Counted from the first letter of the stretch, positions 36,126-44,440 are shown. The stretch: 64,000 nt of DNA from a virus (IMGVR_UViG_3300016371_000007:11873-75872), one strand, 5' to 3'. Numbers and translations are program-made. The notes: generated by a model from the letters alone, not told the origin.

Positions 36126-36892
36126 TTGGGATATGGGATCCCATACTCCTGGCAAAAGCGTTTCACGTCCTCCTGCTGCACATCCGGGTACTCAGTTGAG
36201 ATCCGGGCCACCATCTCAAAGGCCTGCTGCCAGAGCACCATGTAGTCCGGTTCCTGTTTGATGTGCTCCTTGATCAGCTTGCGCCACGCTCTGCCGAAGG
36301 CCTTCTGGAATGGGGTATAGATCTTCCCCGCCTTTAGCTCCAGCTTATCGTTGGCCTTGAGGTCCGACATTATCTGCCGGTGAATCATGGTGTCTTCTGC
36401 CCCAGGGAAAGCGATGGTCTTCTTATCCTGGGGCTGCTGCCTCGATTTAGGCTGCCTGAGTAACATCTGCGGCTGTGTCTCCGGTGCGCTGTGGGCAATC
36501 ATTTCTGCGGTCGAGATACTGACCTTGCCCTCGTTCAGGGCTTCGATCACCGGCTGGGTTGCGTTCTTAGCGATGTAGGCGAGCCGTGCCCGGTTGCGTA
36601 CACTCTTGGCTTCAATACTCATGTAGTCTTCGGTCTGAGCCAGGGCCTCCGCGAGTGCCAAATCGGACCTCATGTCCAGTTTGGCACGATTCTTATAGAG
36701 CCGGAGGTAACGTCTGGCATGTCTGTCGGTAAAAATTAGGTTCTCTTTGATCCACGGCATCCATTGGCCATGCGCCAACTTTTTCCTGCGCTTGGCCAGT
36801 AGCTCTCCGATCCGAATCGCCTTCTGCAAGATCGTCTCGGTAGCCTTGGCTACCTCGGTATGCAGCTGGTTGATCTCTTCGGCATCACTCAT
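36122..36892 (-). CDS. DUF3102-domain protein
   Basis: AIRIGELL...RKKL.HGQW.PWI.ENL.FT.RHARRY.RLY pattern. Confidence 0.75.
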   Translation of the reverse strand: MSDAEEINQLHTEVAKATETILQKAIRIGELLAKRRKKLAHGQWMPWIKENLIFTDRHARRYLRLYKNRAKLDMRSDLALAEALAQTEDYMSIEAKSVRNRARLAYIAKNATQPVIEALNEGKVSISTAEMIAHSAPETQPQMLLRQPKSRQQPQDKKTIAFPGAEDTMIHRQIMSDLKANDKLELKAGKIYTPFQKAFGRAWRKLIKEHIKQEPDYMVLWQQAFEMVARISTEYPDVQQEDVKRFCQEYGIPYPN

Positions 36893-37515
36893 TATTCACC
36901 TTCGGCTTCTTTCTTGCGCCGAGCCTGCCGTTCCCGAGTCAGCTCCCGAGCCCGCACCTTGGCTTTCTTGGTCTCGATGATCTGGTCATAAGCCTGATGC
37001 CAAGTCACTTTGTACTCATCAAACCACTCCTGGATGGTCTCCATGGTGATCAGGTCCCAGTAGTCCTTGGCTAACTTCCCTAAGAAACTGAACGCCTCGT
37101 TGTAGGCCCGCTCCCGCAGTTCCGCTATTGCGCTCTTCGGCTTCTCCTGGGCGAGCAACTTGTCCACCTTCAAGGCCCGGTCCACCCGGCGCTTACCCAC
37201 CGCCTTGTCGTTACGCAGCGCCCGGTGGTAGAGATTCCCCCGTGGCCCCTGTTCGTCCTTCTTGATGATTCCGGCGACACTGAAGGCACGCTGGATATCT
37301 CCATAGACGTGCTGGTTAAACGGCTGCCGGGAGTTGCGCCACCGAGCGATAAACTCTTCCTGGTCACCATCGGTCAGATCCCATTCCCGAATCGTGGTGA
37401 CGATGTCCTGCCACGAGGTCTCTACATTGTGGGTGGCTAAGGTCTGTGCGCCAACGTACTGATAGTACTGCTGGAACTTTACGATGAGCTTATCGCTCTG
37501 AGTGGGGGTGATCAT
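36892..37515 (-). CDS. Hypothetical protein (207 aa)
   Basis: Coupled to the downstream gene; AT-rich promoter-like upstream region. Confidence 0.7.
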   Translation of the reverse strand: MITPTQSDKLIVKFQQYYQYVGAQTLATHNVETSWQDIVTTIREWDLTDGDQEEFIARWRNSRQPFNQHVYGDIQRAFSVAGIIKKDEQGPRGNLYHRALRNDKAVGKRRVDRALKVDKLLAQEKPKSAIAELRERAYNEAFSFLGKLAKDYWDLITMETIQEWFDEYKVTWHQAYDQIIETKKAKVRARELTRERQARRKKEAEGE

Positions 37516-37548
37516 ATCATTGCCATCCAGTATAACTTAAATATAACG

Positions 37549-37561
37549 ATGCGCAACGTTT
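37549..37561 (-). promoter_or_regulatory. Repeated site B (AAACGTTGCGCAT), overlapping the -35 of a candidate promoter TTGCGC-N16-TATACT
   Basis: Exact 13-mer; the -10-like hexamer is at 37529-37534 on the minus strand. Confidence 0.6.
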
Positions 37562-37567
37562 TTCTTT

Positions 37568-38704
37568 TCAGGGCTTTATGTCCGGGTCCTGGTCATCAGG
37601 ACCAAGCGTTGTGTAAGGCTCGATCCAAATCAGCTTTCGCTCCCCTCTCTTCATGCCGTACACCTGACGCTTCCAGTGGCCCGCCACCCAGTGCTTCGGA
37701 AGTTTGCGCCCGGTGAAGGTGGCCTCGTGATAGTGCGTTGTTTTCGAGCTGGGCCGGTACTGGCTTTTGCCCACAAACTTCGCGGGCCACAGGCCTGGGA
37801 TAATCCGGTCATTGATCTGCCGGACCTTCCGTAAAGGGTCTGCCTCCTTCACCTCGTACTCCAGGGGAACACTCCCCATGAACAAGAGCACCATCACCGC
37901 TAAGTGCTCCATCCGCGCTAAGAGCTGGTCATCGGTCGAGTCACAGGTCGAGCCGGTAGTAAAATGACCGCCAACCTGGATGTCCTTTATCTTCCGTCCC
38001 TCGAATGGCCGCACCACACCATAGTTGAGACCTGGATCCATGTTGATGTCGCCACTGAGCTGCGAGCACACCACCATCCCGTCTTTCTCGAAGACGGGGG
38101 TCGGGATATCCCGCATCTTCAGCCGCCCATACATCAGAGCGAAGTTCGACAGCTCATGGGTCATCTCCGGGGAGAGCTGACTTAGCTCGCCCGCCTTGGC
38201 CTTGGCGATATCTAAGAACATCGCATCCCGCTCCTCCTGGCCGTCACGCTGGATCGTGATCAGCCCCTTGGGCAGCATGATCCGCATGCTCGCTCTCCTC
38301 CAGTGGATGTCGTCCGTCTCCAGATCCCCCGGCATCTTGGTGCACATCAACTTCTGGCCCAGCTCCCGCTCTAAAAAGTATATTGGGCGCTGATCCTTCA
38401 TGGCCAGGATCGAGGTCAGATACATCAGCCGGATGATGTGATCCGGGCTAGCGCCGTAGTCCCCGGCCACGTAAGTGCTCAGGAAAAAGCCGAAGATGTG
38501 ATCCAGGCTTTCCTGGTTGTAATAATCAACCTGCCGGAAGTTGGGCAGGATGTAGCGCTTGCCAGTGATCGCCATCCAGGTGATCGGGCAGGCCTGGGCG
38601 ATCCGGGCCGCAAGACCCTTGAAATCCTTCTCCGTGATCGCCTTGTGGCTTCTAACGTTCGACCGGGCCTGTCCGTGGCCAGGGCTAATTGATTCAATGC
38701 TCAT
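37568..38704 (-). CDS. Hypothetical phage protein with C-terminal WVAGHWKRQ.YG...K.IWIEP motif
   Basis: 378-aa ORF with its own candidate promoter. Confidence 0.75.
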   Translation of the reverse strand: MSIESISPGHGQARSNVRSHKAITEKDFKGLAARIAQACPITWMAITGKRYILPNFRQVDYYNQESLDHIFGFFLSTYVAGDYGASPDHIIRLMYLTSILAMKDQRPIYFLERELGQKLMCTKMPGDLETDDIHWRRASMRIMLPKGLITIQRDGQEERDAMFLDIAKAKAGELSQLSPEMTHELSNFALMYGRLKMRDIPTPVFEKDGMVVCSQLSGDINMDPGLNYGVVRPFEGRKIKDIQVGGHFTTGSTCDSTDDQLLARMEHLAVMVLLFMGSVPLEYEVKEADPLRKVRQINDRIIPGLWPAKFVGKSQYRPSSKTTHYHEATFTGRKLPKHWVAGHWKRQVYGMKRGERKLIWIEPYTTLGPDDQDPDIKP

Positions 38705-38709
38705 GCCGA

Positions 38710-38892
38710 TTATTTTACTTTATCGGCAGAGAGAGTACAAGCAGTATTTATCCTATGACGTTTTCGCTTCAGGTAGCTCCGGGCCAGGATCGCTTTCCAG
38801 CGTTCTGGGTTGGCTAATCGCCAGCGCTTCCGTGCCTCGGCGCGGGCCGCCTCGCGTTCCTCTTGGGTGTGGTATTTGCGAGGACGGCCCAT
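38710..38892 (-). CDS. Small basic AT-hook (GRPRKY) protein, paralog 1
   Basis: MGRPRKY...AR...W..ANPERW..I. Confidence 0.7.
   Translation of the reverse strand: MGRPRKYHTQEEREAARAEARKRWRLANPERWKAILARSYLKRKRHRINTACTLSADKVK
38712..38740 (-). promoter_or_regulatory. Sigma70-type promoter, leaderless (TTGTAC-N17-TAAAAT, ATG 7 nt later)
   Basis: Read directly; the geometry matches five similar promoters at 43.9-49.9 kb. Confidence 0.6.
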
Positions 38893-38895
38893 AGG

Positions 38896-39111
38896 CTAAA
38901 CCACCTTAAGGACCGGGGTCTCTCCCAGGTCTAGCGGTGGGAACGACAAAATTGACCTTCTTCCTCGGCGCTTCTTATCCGCTCGCTTCTGGATAGCACG
39001 CCACCTTTCCGGGTTCTTATCTCTCCACTTCTTTGCCCAACGTCGCCGTGCTGCAAGGAGCTGATCCTTGGTCCGATACTTCCTCGGTCGGCCTCGGCTT
39101 CGTTTAATCAT
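38896..39111 (-). CDS. Small basic AT-hook protein, paralog 2
   Basis: RGRPRKY...AARR..A..W..KNPERW..IQKR. Confidence 0.7.
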   Translation of the reverse strand: MIKRSRGRPRKYRTKDQLLAARRRWAKKWRDKNPERWRAIQKRADKKRRGRRSILSFPPLDLGETPVLKVV

Positions 39112-39351
39112 AGCTTACTATTAAACTGTATTGGCCTGAAGCACAAGCGGGCCGGATACTGAATCGTACCCGACCCGACATGCACATGAATCAATACCCC
39201 GCGAAGAAGGTCGCAACGCTAGGCAACTCTCATCCTTGCCCATATAGTAAAAATTGTCAACTCGGATCCACGCGCCCCCGAGAGCAAATGGTTTGTCTCT
39301 GAGGATTATGGACAATGTTAAAGAACAGATCCCTCGGAGACGCGCAAAACT

Positions 39352-39576
39352 TCATAGTGAACTCTTCCCAGTCCCAGGCGGGATGTAGTTCTCTAACCAC
39401 CGGAAATAGATCGCCTCGGCCTGGGCCGGTGTAACATTAAGACCAAAGCTCTCCCGGATAAACTTGGCTAACGCTACCGGCCCGCTCATCTTCTTGCCGT
39501 CGATCCGAAAGGTCTGGTTCTCCTCGTCCAGTTCCCAGTTGTGGCCGTCATCAGTTATGATCTTTTCCCAGCTCAT
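39352..39576 (-). CDS. Hypothetical protein (74 aa)
   Basis: Protein-like composition; overlaps the upstream gene. Confidence 0.6.
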   Translation of the reverse strand: MSWEKIITDDGHNWELDEENQTFRIDGKKMSGPVALAKFIRESFGLNVTPAQAEAIYFRWLENYIPPGTGKSSL

Positions 39577-39721
39577 CTTTCTTCTTCTTCTTGTCGCGAG
39601 AACGTTTCTGGATCTCTAGCCAGCGCTCCCGGTGCGCCCGTCGCCACTTGGTCGCCCGTCTGGCCTCGCGAGCTTTACGCTCCTCTTTAGTTAGCGCCCG
39701 AGGCCTGCCTGCTTTAGCCAT
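39551..39721 (-). CDS. Small basic AT-hook protein, paralog 3
   Basis: Likely start MAKAGRPRAL; AR..A.KWRRAHRERW..IQKR. Confidence 0.65.
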   Translation of the reverse strand: MAKAGRPRALTKEERKAREARRATKWRRAHRERWLEIQKRSRDKKKKKDELGKDHN

Positions 39722-40091
39722 CTGGATAGAGGCTCCGGCCCTCCTTATCTTTGATCTCACCCCGGTCATAGCGGCACTGCAAGTGCTGGATCTCAGTCGC
39801 GTCCTGGACCGTCAGCTCAATCGCTTGATCTATGGCTAAGAGTTCCTCGTAGGTCACCGGCCCTTTGTTGTGGTACACCGCCAAGAGCGGTTCACACTCC
39901 GGCCAGTACACCAAGAGGTAAGCACAGTAGGCATCCAGGGTGATATCTTTAACCATAAACATCTTGTGGCTCACCCCCAGGGCCTTTAGCCGGTCATACT
40001 CCGTCCATCCGTATAACCAGCTCCCGGGCATCCCCCTGGCCTCAATGATCACCGGCGTCCCCGCTCTCCCAGCCCCAGGCTCGATGTTCAT
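39714..40091 (-). CDS. Hypothetical protein
   Basis: Likely start MNIEP via a TGATG overlap. Confidence 0.6.
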   Translation of the reverse strand: MNIEPGAGRAGTPVIIEARGMPGSWLYGWTEYDRLKALGVSHKMFMVKDITLDAYCAYLLVYWPECEPLLAVYHNKGPVTYEELLAIDQAIELTVQDATEIQHLQCRYDRGEIKDKEGRSLYPDG

Positions 40092-40486
40092 CAGTTGTCC
40101 CCTAGCCCCGGAGGACACGCTAGCGCCTCCGGCTGCTTCTTAGGCTTTAACATCGTCGCCTCCCCTACCTCTAACCAGATCGACCCGTTGTCCCAGGCAT
40201 CGATAATCTCCCAGGTGATCTCCTCATTCTCCTCGGCCTCCTTTAAGGCCTCCGGCCTCACGATCACGCTCAAGAGCCCCGTTTGAGCCAGCCGCTCGAT
40301 CAAGGGCAGATACTTCTCAATCACCGGCCCCTTCAATGCCACGTACTCGTCAAACACATGCCCCGGCGTCATCTCCCCCAAGTGCTGGATCACGGCGTTT
40401 AATTCCACTAGCCGCCATAGCCGCTCCTCTTCACTCATCGTTTCTTTCACCACCTCCTGCATCGCTTCCCTCACCGGATCATTCAT
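40091..40486 (-). CDS. Hypothetical protein (131 aa)
   Basis: Coupled minus-strand block. Confidence 0.65.
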   Translation of the reverse strand: MNDPVREAMQEVVKETMSEEERLWRLVELNAVIQHLGEMTPGHVFDEYVALKGPVIEKYLPLIERLAQTGLLSVIVRPEALKEAEENEEITWEIIDAWDNGSIWLEVGEATMLKPKKQPEALACPPGLGDN

Positions 40487-40761
40487 AGCGCCCCCTTCCC
40501 ACTCCCAGGCTTAATCGTGTCTAACGCTTCTCTAATCGCCTTATCCACCTTCTCCTTCTCAATCTCCCCTAGAGGATTGCACTGCTTCTTAAACGCCTCG
40601 ATATCCTCAGGGTTATTCCTGTCCACTAACCCCTGAGCAAATACCGCCCGCATGTGCGCCACTATTGAGTCCCAGTCCCGCTGCGCCTGCCACAACGCCC
40701 GCAAATATTCCCGGCGACTCGCCGCCTCTTCCCGGATCGCCTTCGCTAGCTTCTTATTCAT
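40483..40761 (-). CDS. Hypothetical protein (92 aa)
   Basis: Coupled minus-strand block. Confidence 0.65.
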   Translation of the reverse strand: MNKKLAKAIREEAASRREYLRALWQAQRDWDSIVAHMRAVFAQGLVDRNNPEDIEAFKKQCNPLGEIEKEKVDKAIREALDTIKPGSGKGAL

Positions 40762-40906
40762 CCTTCTTCTCCTTCCCCCCTTCCAATACCGTCCGTATCA
40801 GGCATAGCTCATCACAGATACTCTTTAAGGCCTCTATCAATTCCCCATGCCTCACCTCACGCTTCGAGCGCTTCACCTTCTTTACTTCTTTTATCGCCTC
40901 ACTCAT
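40754..40906 (-). CDS. Small protein (50 aa, MSEAIKEVKK...)
   Basis: ATGA overlap with the 47-aa gene suggests start 40906 rather than 40957. Confidence 0.55.
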   Translation of the reverse strand: MSEAIKEVKKVKRSKREVRHGELIEALKSICDELCLIRTVLEGGKEKKDE

Positions 40907-41046
40907 TTCTTTCCCCCCATCCTCTCGTAACTCCTCCTCCAATGCCCAGCTACCCACTTCCCATCCTTACGCTTCCTCGGTGTCACCCACACCGCCTTCC
41001 CCTCCGGCTTCCGCTCTTTAGTCGCCTTCTTCAGCTCTTCATTCAT
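40903..41046 (-). CDS. Small basic protein (47 aa, MNEELKK...VWVTPRKRKDGKWVAGHWRRSY...)
   Basis: Not in the track; hand-translated; shares WVAGHW(R/K)R with 37568..38704. Confidence 0.65.
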   Translation of the reverse strand: MNEELKKATKERKPEGKAVWVTPRKRKDGKWVAGHWRRSYERMGGKK

Positions 41047-41055
41047 ATATCCCTA

Positions 41056-41084
41056 TTTCTATCCTATTAGGCTTTATCGGTCAA
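41056..41084 (-). promoter_or_regulatory. Candidate promoter TTGACC-N17-TAGAAA, ATG 9 nt later
   Basis: Read directly; the -10 is imperfect. Confidence 0.4.
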
Positions 41085-41249
41085 GCACGTTATATCTAGC
41101 CCCACCTCCACCCCCCGCTTCCTAGCACGATACTCCCGCTGCTCCTTCGCCCATATCATCTGCTGCAACCGCTTCGACCGCCCAGCCCTCAGTCTCCTCA
41201 TCCGCTCCCTCTGCTTCGCTAATTCTTTCTTCGTCCTACGCACAGACAT
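41067..41249 (-). CDS. Small basic protein (60 aa)
   Basis: Strong GGAGGTGG Shine-Dalgarno before the ATG; Arg/Lys-rich. Confidence 0.6.
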   Translation of the reverse strand: MSVRRTKKELAKQRERMRRLRAGRSKRLQQMIWAKEQREYRARKRGVEVGLDITCLTDKA

Positions 41250-41586
41250 GGTAATACCACCTCCTCCTAGAGGACTTGCTTTTTCTTACTACGCACAGAC
41301 AGTACTACCACCTCCAAGGCCATGACCACCCTTTTTATAAAATGTAGAGCCACCACTTCGGAGGGTGGGCAATGCGCTTGGCGCTTCACCGCAGCGGGCA
41401 ATGCCCCCCGGCAAATGCCGCGTAATGCGGGGAGGGCCACCCTCCGGCCCGCCGCCAGCGGACGGAGCCCATGTGGGGAACCTGCCCCGCTGGCTGATGA
41501 CATGACAGCACGCTGTCAAGTACCTAGCACTGCTATTTTTGTTTACTGGCAGCGGCTATTTTATATTACACCCATTGTATGATGTT

Positions 41587-41784
41587 ATGACTCCACGACT
41601 GTGGCAAGGTCCTCAGCACCAACGACTTATGTGGCTCGCACAGATCGACGGCCTGCTGGCTGTCGCCAGGGCTCGCGAGCGCGGCGAACCGTGGTGGATG
41701 CTCGATGTGCGCAGGGCGCAGGCGCGGATCGCCGCGTTGCGCCGGGGCGCGGCCCGGTCTCGCGATCAGGCTGGCGGAGCTTGA
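41587..41784 (+). CDS. Possible small protein (65 aa)
   Basis: ATG after an AT-rich stretch; isolated plus-strand ORF. Confidence 0.4.
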   Translation: MTPRLWQGPQHQRLMWLAQIDGLLAVARARERGEPWWMLDVRRAQARIAALRRGAARSRDQAGGA

Positions 41785-41948
41785 GAAGGAGCAGCGCAAC
41801 CATTGGATCTGTTAGCCCGAATGAACGAGCGCAGGCTGGCCCCGTAACACTCACGGGTGCAGTAGAATCCGCGTGTTTGGTTGCCACCTTTGGTCCAACT
41901 GGGTTTGGCTCTGAAGGGTTTGCCACAGTGCTGGCATTTGACGATCAT
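41766..41948 (-). CDS. Small zinc-binding protein (CxxC...YCxxxC)
   Basis: KCQHCGKPF...FYCTREC. Confidence 0.65.
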   Translation of the reverse strand: MIVKCQHCGKPFRAKPSWTKGGNQTRGFYCTRECYGASLRSFIRANRSNGCAAPSQAPPA

Positions 41949-42085
41949 GGTCTGAACTCCTTGAGCATCTTGAGGATATCGCGTTTGATCTTTTGAGCTT
42001 CCTGGGCACCGAGGCCTTCGTAGTCTGCTATGAGGTTGATGAGTTGGTCAGCGAACTGCTCGTCTGAGATACGTTGTTGGCTCAT
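41945..42085 (-). CDS. Small protein (46 aa, MSQQRISDEQFADQL...)
   Basis: Not in the track; ATGA overlaps on both sides. Confidence 0.6.
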   Translation of the reverse strand: MSQQRISDEQFADQLINLIADYEGLGAQEAQKIKRDILKMLKEFRP

Positions 42086-42327
42086 GTGAGTGGTGAGATG
42101 CGGCCTGAGTTATTCAGAGGTGTAGTGAAGCCTGGGTGCTGGATGAACTCTTCGAGCGCTGCGTCGATCAACTTGTCATTATTCCGAGGTGGCCGCCAGT
42201 AGAAGTGCGGGGATACGCCGCCCATGAGATGTTTAAAATCTTGAGGGCTGAGGTCCTCTTTGGGATCAAGCTCGTAGACCTTGCGCCAGGAGACTTTGCC
42301 GCTGCCTGGGGGGATAGATGGGTTCAT
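42082..42327 (-). CDS. Hypothetical protein
   Basis: Coupled block. Confidence 0.6.
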   Translation of the reverse strand: MNPSIPPGSGKVSWRKVYELDPKEDLSPQDFKHLMGGVSPHFYWRPPRNNDKLIDAALEEFIQHPGFTTPLNNSGRISPLT

Positions 42328-42515
42328 GTGAGTTTGAATTCTTTGCGGATATGGTCTGGTTGCTTGTCTAGGGTTGCCCAGGGAGGCGTGTGTTCGCCAA
42401 CTATGACTTCAATTCCTGGTTCGACCATAGAATAGACCAACCCGCATTTGGGGCAGGTTGGATAGTCTGATTCGTAAGCCACATCGGTGTGGCAGCGGAC
42501 GCATTTGAAAGTCAT
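42324..42515 (-). CDS. Small zinc-ribbon protein
   Basis: CVRC...CPKC. Confidence 0.65.
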   Translation of the reverse strand: MTFKCVRCHTDVAYESDYPTCPKCGLVYSMVEPGIEVIVGEHTPPWATLDKQPDHIRKEFKLT

Positions 42516-42847
42516 GTGAGTTTGAGTCTACCCAGGATCAGATCGTCATCGGCTTCGTCGATGTTATCGATCAGCTCTGTGATATCGAGCCAGTCATGTT
42601 CGAAGAAATTCATTGCGCCGCTCAAGAGGTGCATGACGACGGTCATCGTTCCGGGCTGGTCCTTTTCCGATACATCGATGATAGCGAAGTCGCGTACCAG
42701 CGTGTAGGGATCGCCTTTCTGGTCTAGCATGGCGATTAGTCCGTCCTCGAGCGAGCCGAAGTGCCTGATCAGGTCCTGATGCAGCTGATGGGTTTGATAG
42801 CGGCTGATCAGATTTTCGCTTTTGCCGGTGCCTGGGGTGAGGTTCAT
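42512..42847 (-). CDS. Hypothetical protein (111 aa)
   Basis: Coupled block. Confidence 0.6.
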   Translation of the reverse strand: MNLTPGTGKSENLISRYQTHQLHQDLIRHFGSLEDGLIAMLDQKGDPYTLVRDFAIIDVSEKDQPGTMTVVMHLLSGAMNFFEHDWLDITELIDNIDEADDDLILGRLKLT

Positions 42848-43038
42848 GCCGCGTCTTCCTCCTGGACTGGCGCTAAGCCCGCTTGTGCTCGCCGCTCGTT
42901 GGCGTAGTTAGTCATGGCTGTGTAGAACACATCGGCGGCCTCACAGCACTTGATTGCTAACTTCTCCATGTCTTTGCGCTTCATGCCGGGTTCGATGTGT
43001 TTGTGGTAAAGGTCTTCTGCCATTTCATTTGCGGTCAT
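42844..43038 (-). CDS. Hypothetical protein (64 aa)
   Basis: Likely start MTANEMAE via an ATGA overlap with the HiPIP-like gene. Confidence 0.6.
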   Translation of the reverse strand: MTANEMAEDLYHKHIEPGMKRKDMEKLAIKCCEAADVFYTAMTNYANERRAQAGLAPVQEEDAA

Positions 43039-43196
43039 TTGCGTTTGAACTTGTTGCACCAGCCCTCTGCTCGTATTTCGCCTCGGACGATCTCGCAGGC
43101 GCTAGGCTTAACGAAGTGAGTGCACTTGCCGCACTGTTGGGCTTTCATGTGCGCTTCGGGCGTGTACTCAGTTTCCTTCTTTGAGAGGCGTGTCAT
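43035..43196 (-). CDS. HiPIP-like four-Cys mini-protein (53 aa), no signal peptide
   Basis: Not in the track. MTRLSKKETEYTPEAHMKAQQCGKCTHFVKPSACEIVRGEIRAEGWCNKFKRK fits Y..C-x2-C-x8-C-x10-G-W-C. Confidence 0.7.
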   Translation of the reverse strand: MTRLSKKETEYTPEAHMKAQQCGKCTHFVKPSACEIVRGEIRAEGWCNKFKRK

Positions 43197-43211
43197 GCCG
43201 GTAAAGAGTAA

Positions 43212-43796
43212 TCACTCCTTGGGCAAGTCGTCAACCAAGCGATTGATCCCAGGTAAAACGTTCACAATCCACGCTTGCACGCTGTCGATGTGAGCGGCTC
43301 TGGTTGGTTCTGGGCTGGGCTCAGCTCCGGTGAGCTTGGCCCGGTGCTGGAGGGCTTTAAGTACCACTGTCGCCGCTTTGTCGTCGCCAGCCCGAGCTGC
43401 CGGTAGGTAACTGGCGATGAGCTGGTCGATCCGGTTGAGATCCAGATTACGGTTGAGGTCCAAGTTGGCGCGTAGGTCTTCATGGATAGCCGCATGTACC
43501 TCCGCTATCAGCTGCTTGGCAAGCTCGATTGAACAACCCATTTGATGGGCGACATCGATTATCGGCGTGCCGTTGACCCGTGCGTCCCAGGCCGCTAGCG
43601 CCTCCCTGGTGGGCTCGATGCCTTGGACCTCGATAAGTGCCTGGGTATGTGGCGCTGGCGCGTCTACAGGCAATTGTGTGCGTTCCTTGAGGCGTTTAGA
43701 GACTGGGCCGTCCGGCCAGCGGCCTTTACGCTTCTTATCCTGGGCAGCCAGATCGCCCAAAAGCTTTTGCAGTGCGGGATCAGGTTGTTCACTCAT
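43212..43796 (-). CDS. HTH protein resembling a terminase small subunit
   Basis: HTH (G..IIDVAHQMGCS) followed by RID.L......A.AGD.KA...VLK...RAKLTG, a TerS-like pattern. Confidence 0.55.
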   Translation of the reverse strand: MSEQPDPALQKLLGDLAAQDKKRKGRWPDGPVSKRLKERTQLPVDAPAPHTQALIEVQGIEPTREALAAWDARVNGTPIIDVAHQMGCSIELAKQLIAEVHAAIHEDLRANLDLNRNLDLNRIDQLIASYLPAARAGDDKAATVVLKALQHRAKLTGAEPSPEPTRAAHIDSVQAWIVNVLPGINRLVDDLPKE

Positions 43797-43802
43797 ATTT
43801 GA

Positions 43803-43829
43803 AAACGTTGCGCATATTCCGTTATGGTT
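43803..43829 (+). promoter_or_regulatory. Repeated site C (AAACGTTGCGCAT-A-TTCCGTTATGGTT)
   Basis: Exact 13-mer plus a degenerate second half, 6 nt from the TerS-like start, in a divergent gap. Confidence 0.6.
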
Positions 43830-43905
43830 TAGATTGCGTTGATAATGAACGACTTACGGTTACGAAATTGTAACATTGGCGTAAGAATAAAATTATATTG
43901 GGCGT

Positions 43906-43957
43906 TTGAAAATAGGTGTAGATTTTCATTGTACTGGAAACGATTTTGCGTTATATC
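43906..43957 (+). promoter_or_regulatory. Near-leaderless promoter P1 (TTGAA...TTGTAC-N17-TATATC)
   Basis: ATG at 43967, 9 nt after the -10; the upstream TTGAAAATAGG...TTTTCATTG block is shared with P2 and P3. Confidence 0.65.
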
Positions 43958-43966
43958 TTGGTCACC

Positions 43967-44440
43967 ATGAACCAAGCCACTCTAGAACAAACCCACAGAT
44001 TCACTTCTATCGAGGACGCTAAGGCGTTCGCATTAGCCGGTAACGCGCTTATCACGCTCGAGAGCTTACGCTCCGGCGCTCACTTCACCTACAAGATTCG
44101 TAAGCCGGACGCCGAAGAGCAGGCCGAGAAGCACATGCGCTCTGACGTGTGGTTTGTGAAACTCCTCACGTCCGGCTCAGCGGATGAGGGGGAATTCACG
44201 TACCTGGGCATGATCCGCGACGGTCAGTTCATTCTGACTCGCGCTTCCAAAGCCCTGCCGAGCAGCCCTAGCGTCAAGGCCCTCTGCTTCTTCTTTGATT
44301 CCACCACACTGCACCCGGAGCTGGTGGTGCGGCACGAAATGCACTGCGGTCGCTGTGGCCGCACGCTCACTGTCCCCGAAAGCATCGACCGGGGAATTGG
44401 TCCCGAATGCGCACGCATCATGGAAGGAGGGCTGAACTAA
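43967..44440 (+). CDS. DUF6011-type protein (C-terminal CxxC...GIGPEC)
   Basis: CGRCGRTLTVPESIDRGIGPECA; start moved to ATG 43967 by promoter geometry. Confidence 0.75.
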   Translation: MNQATLEQTHRFTSIEDAKAFALAGNALITLESLRSGAHFTYKIRKPDAEEQAEKHMRSDVWFVKLLTSGSADEGEFTYLGMIRDGQFILTRASKALPSSPSVKALCFFFDSTTLHPELVVRHEMHCGRCGRTLTVPESIDRGIGPECARIMEGGLN

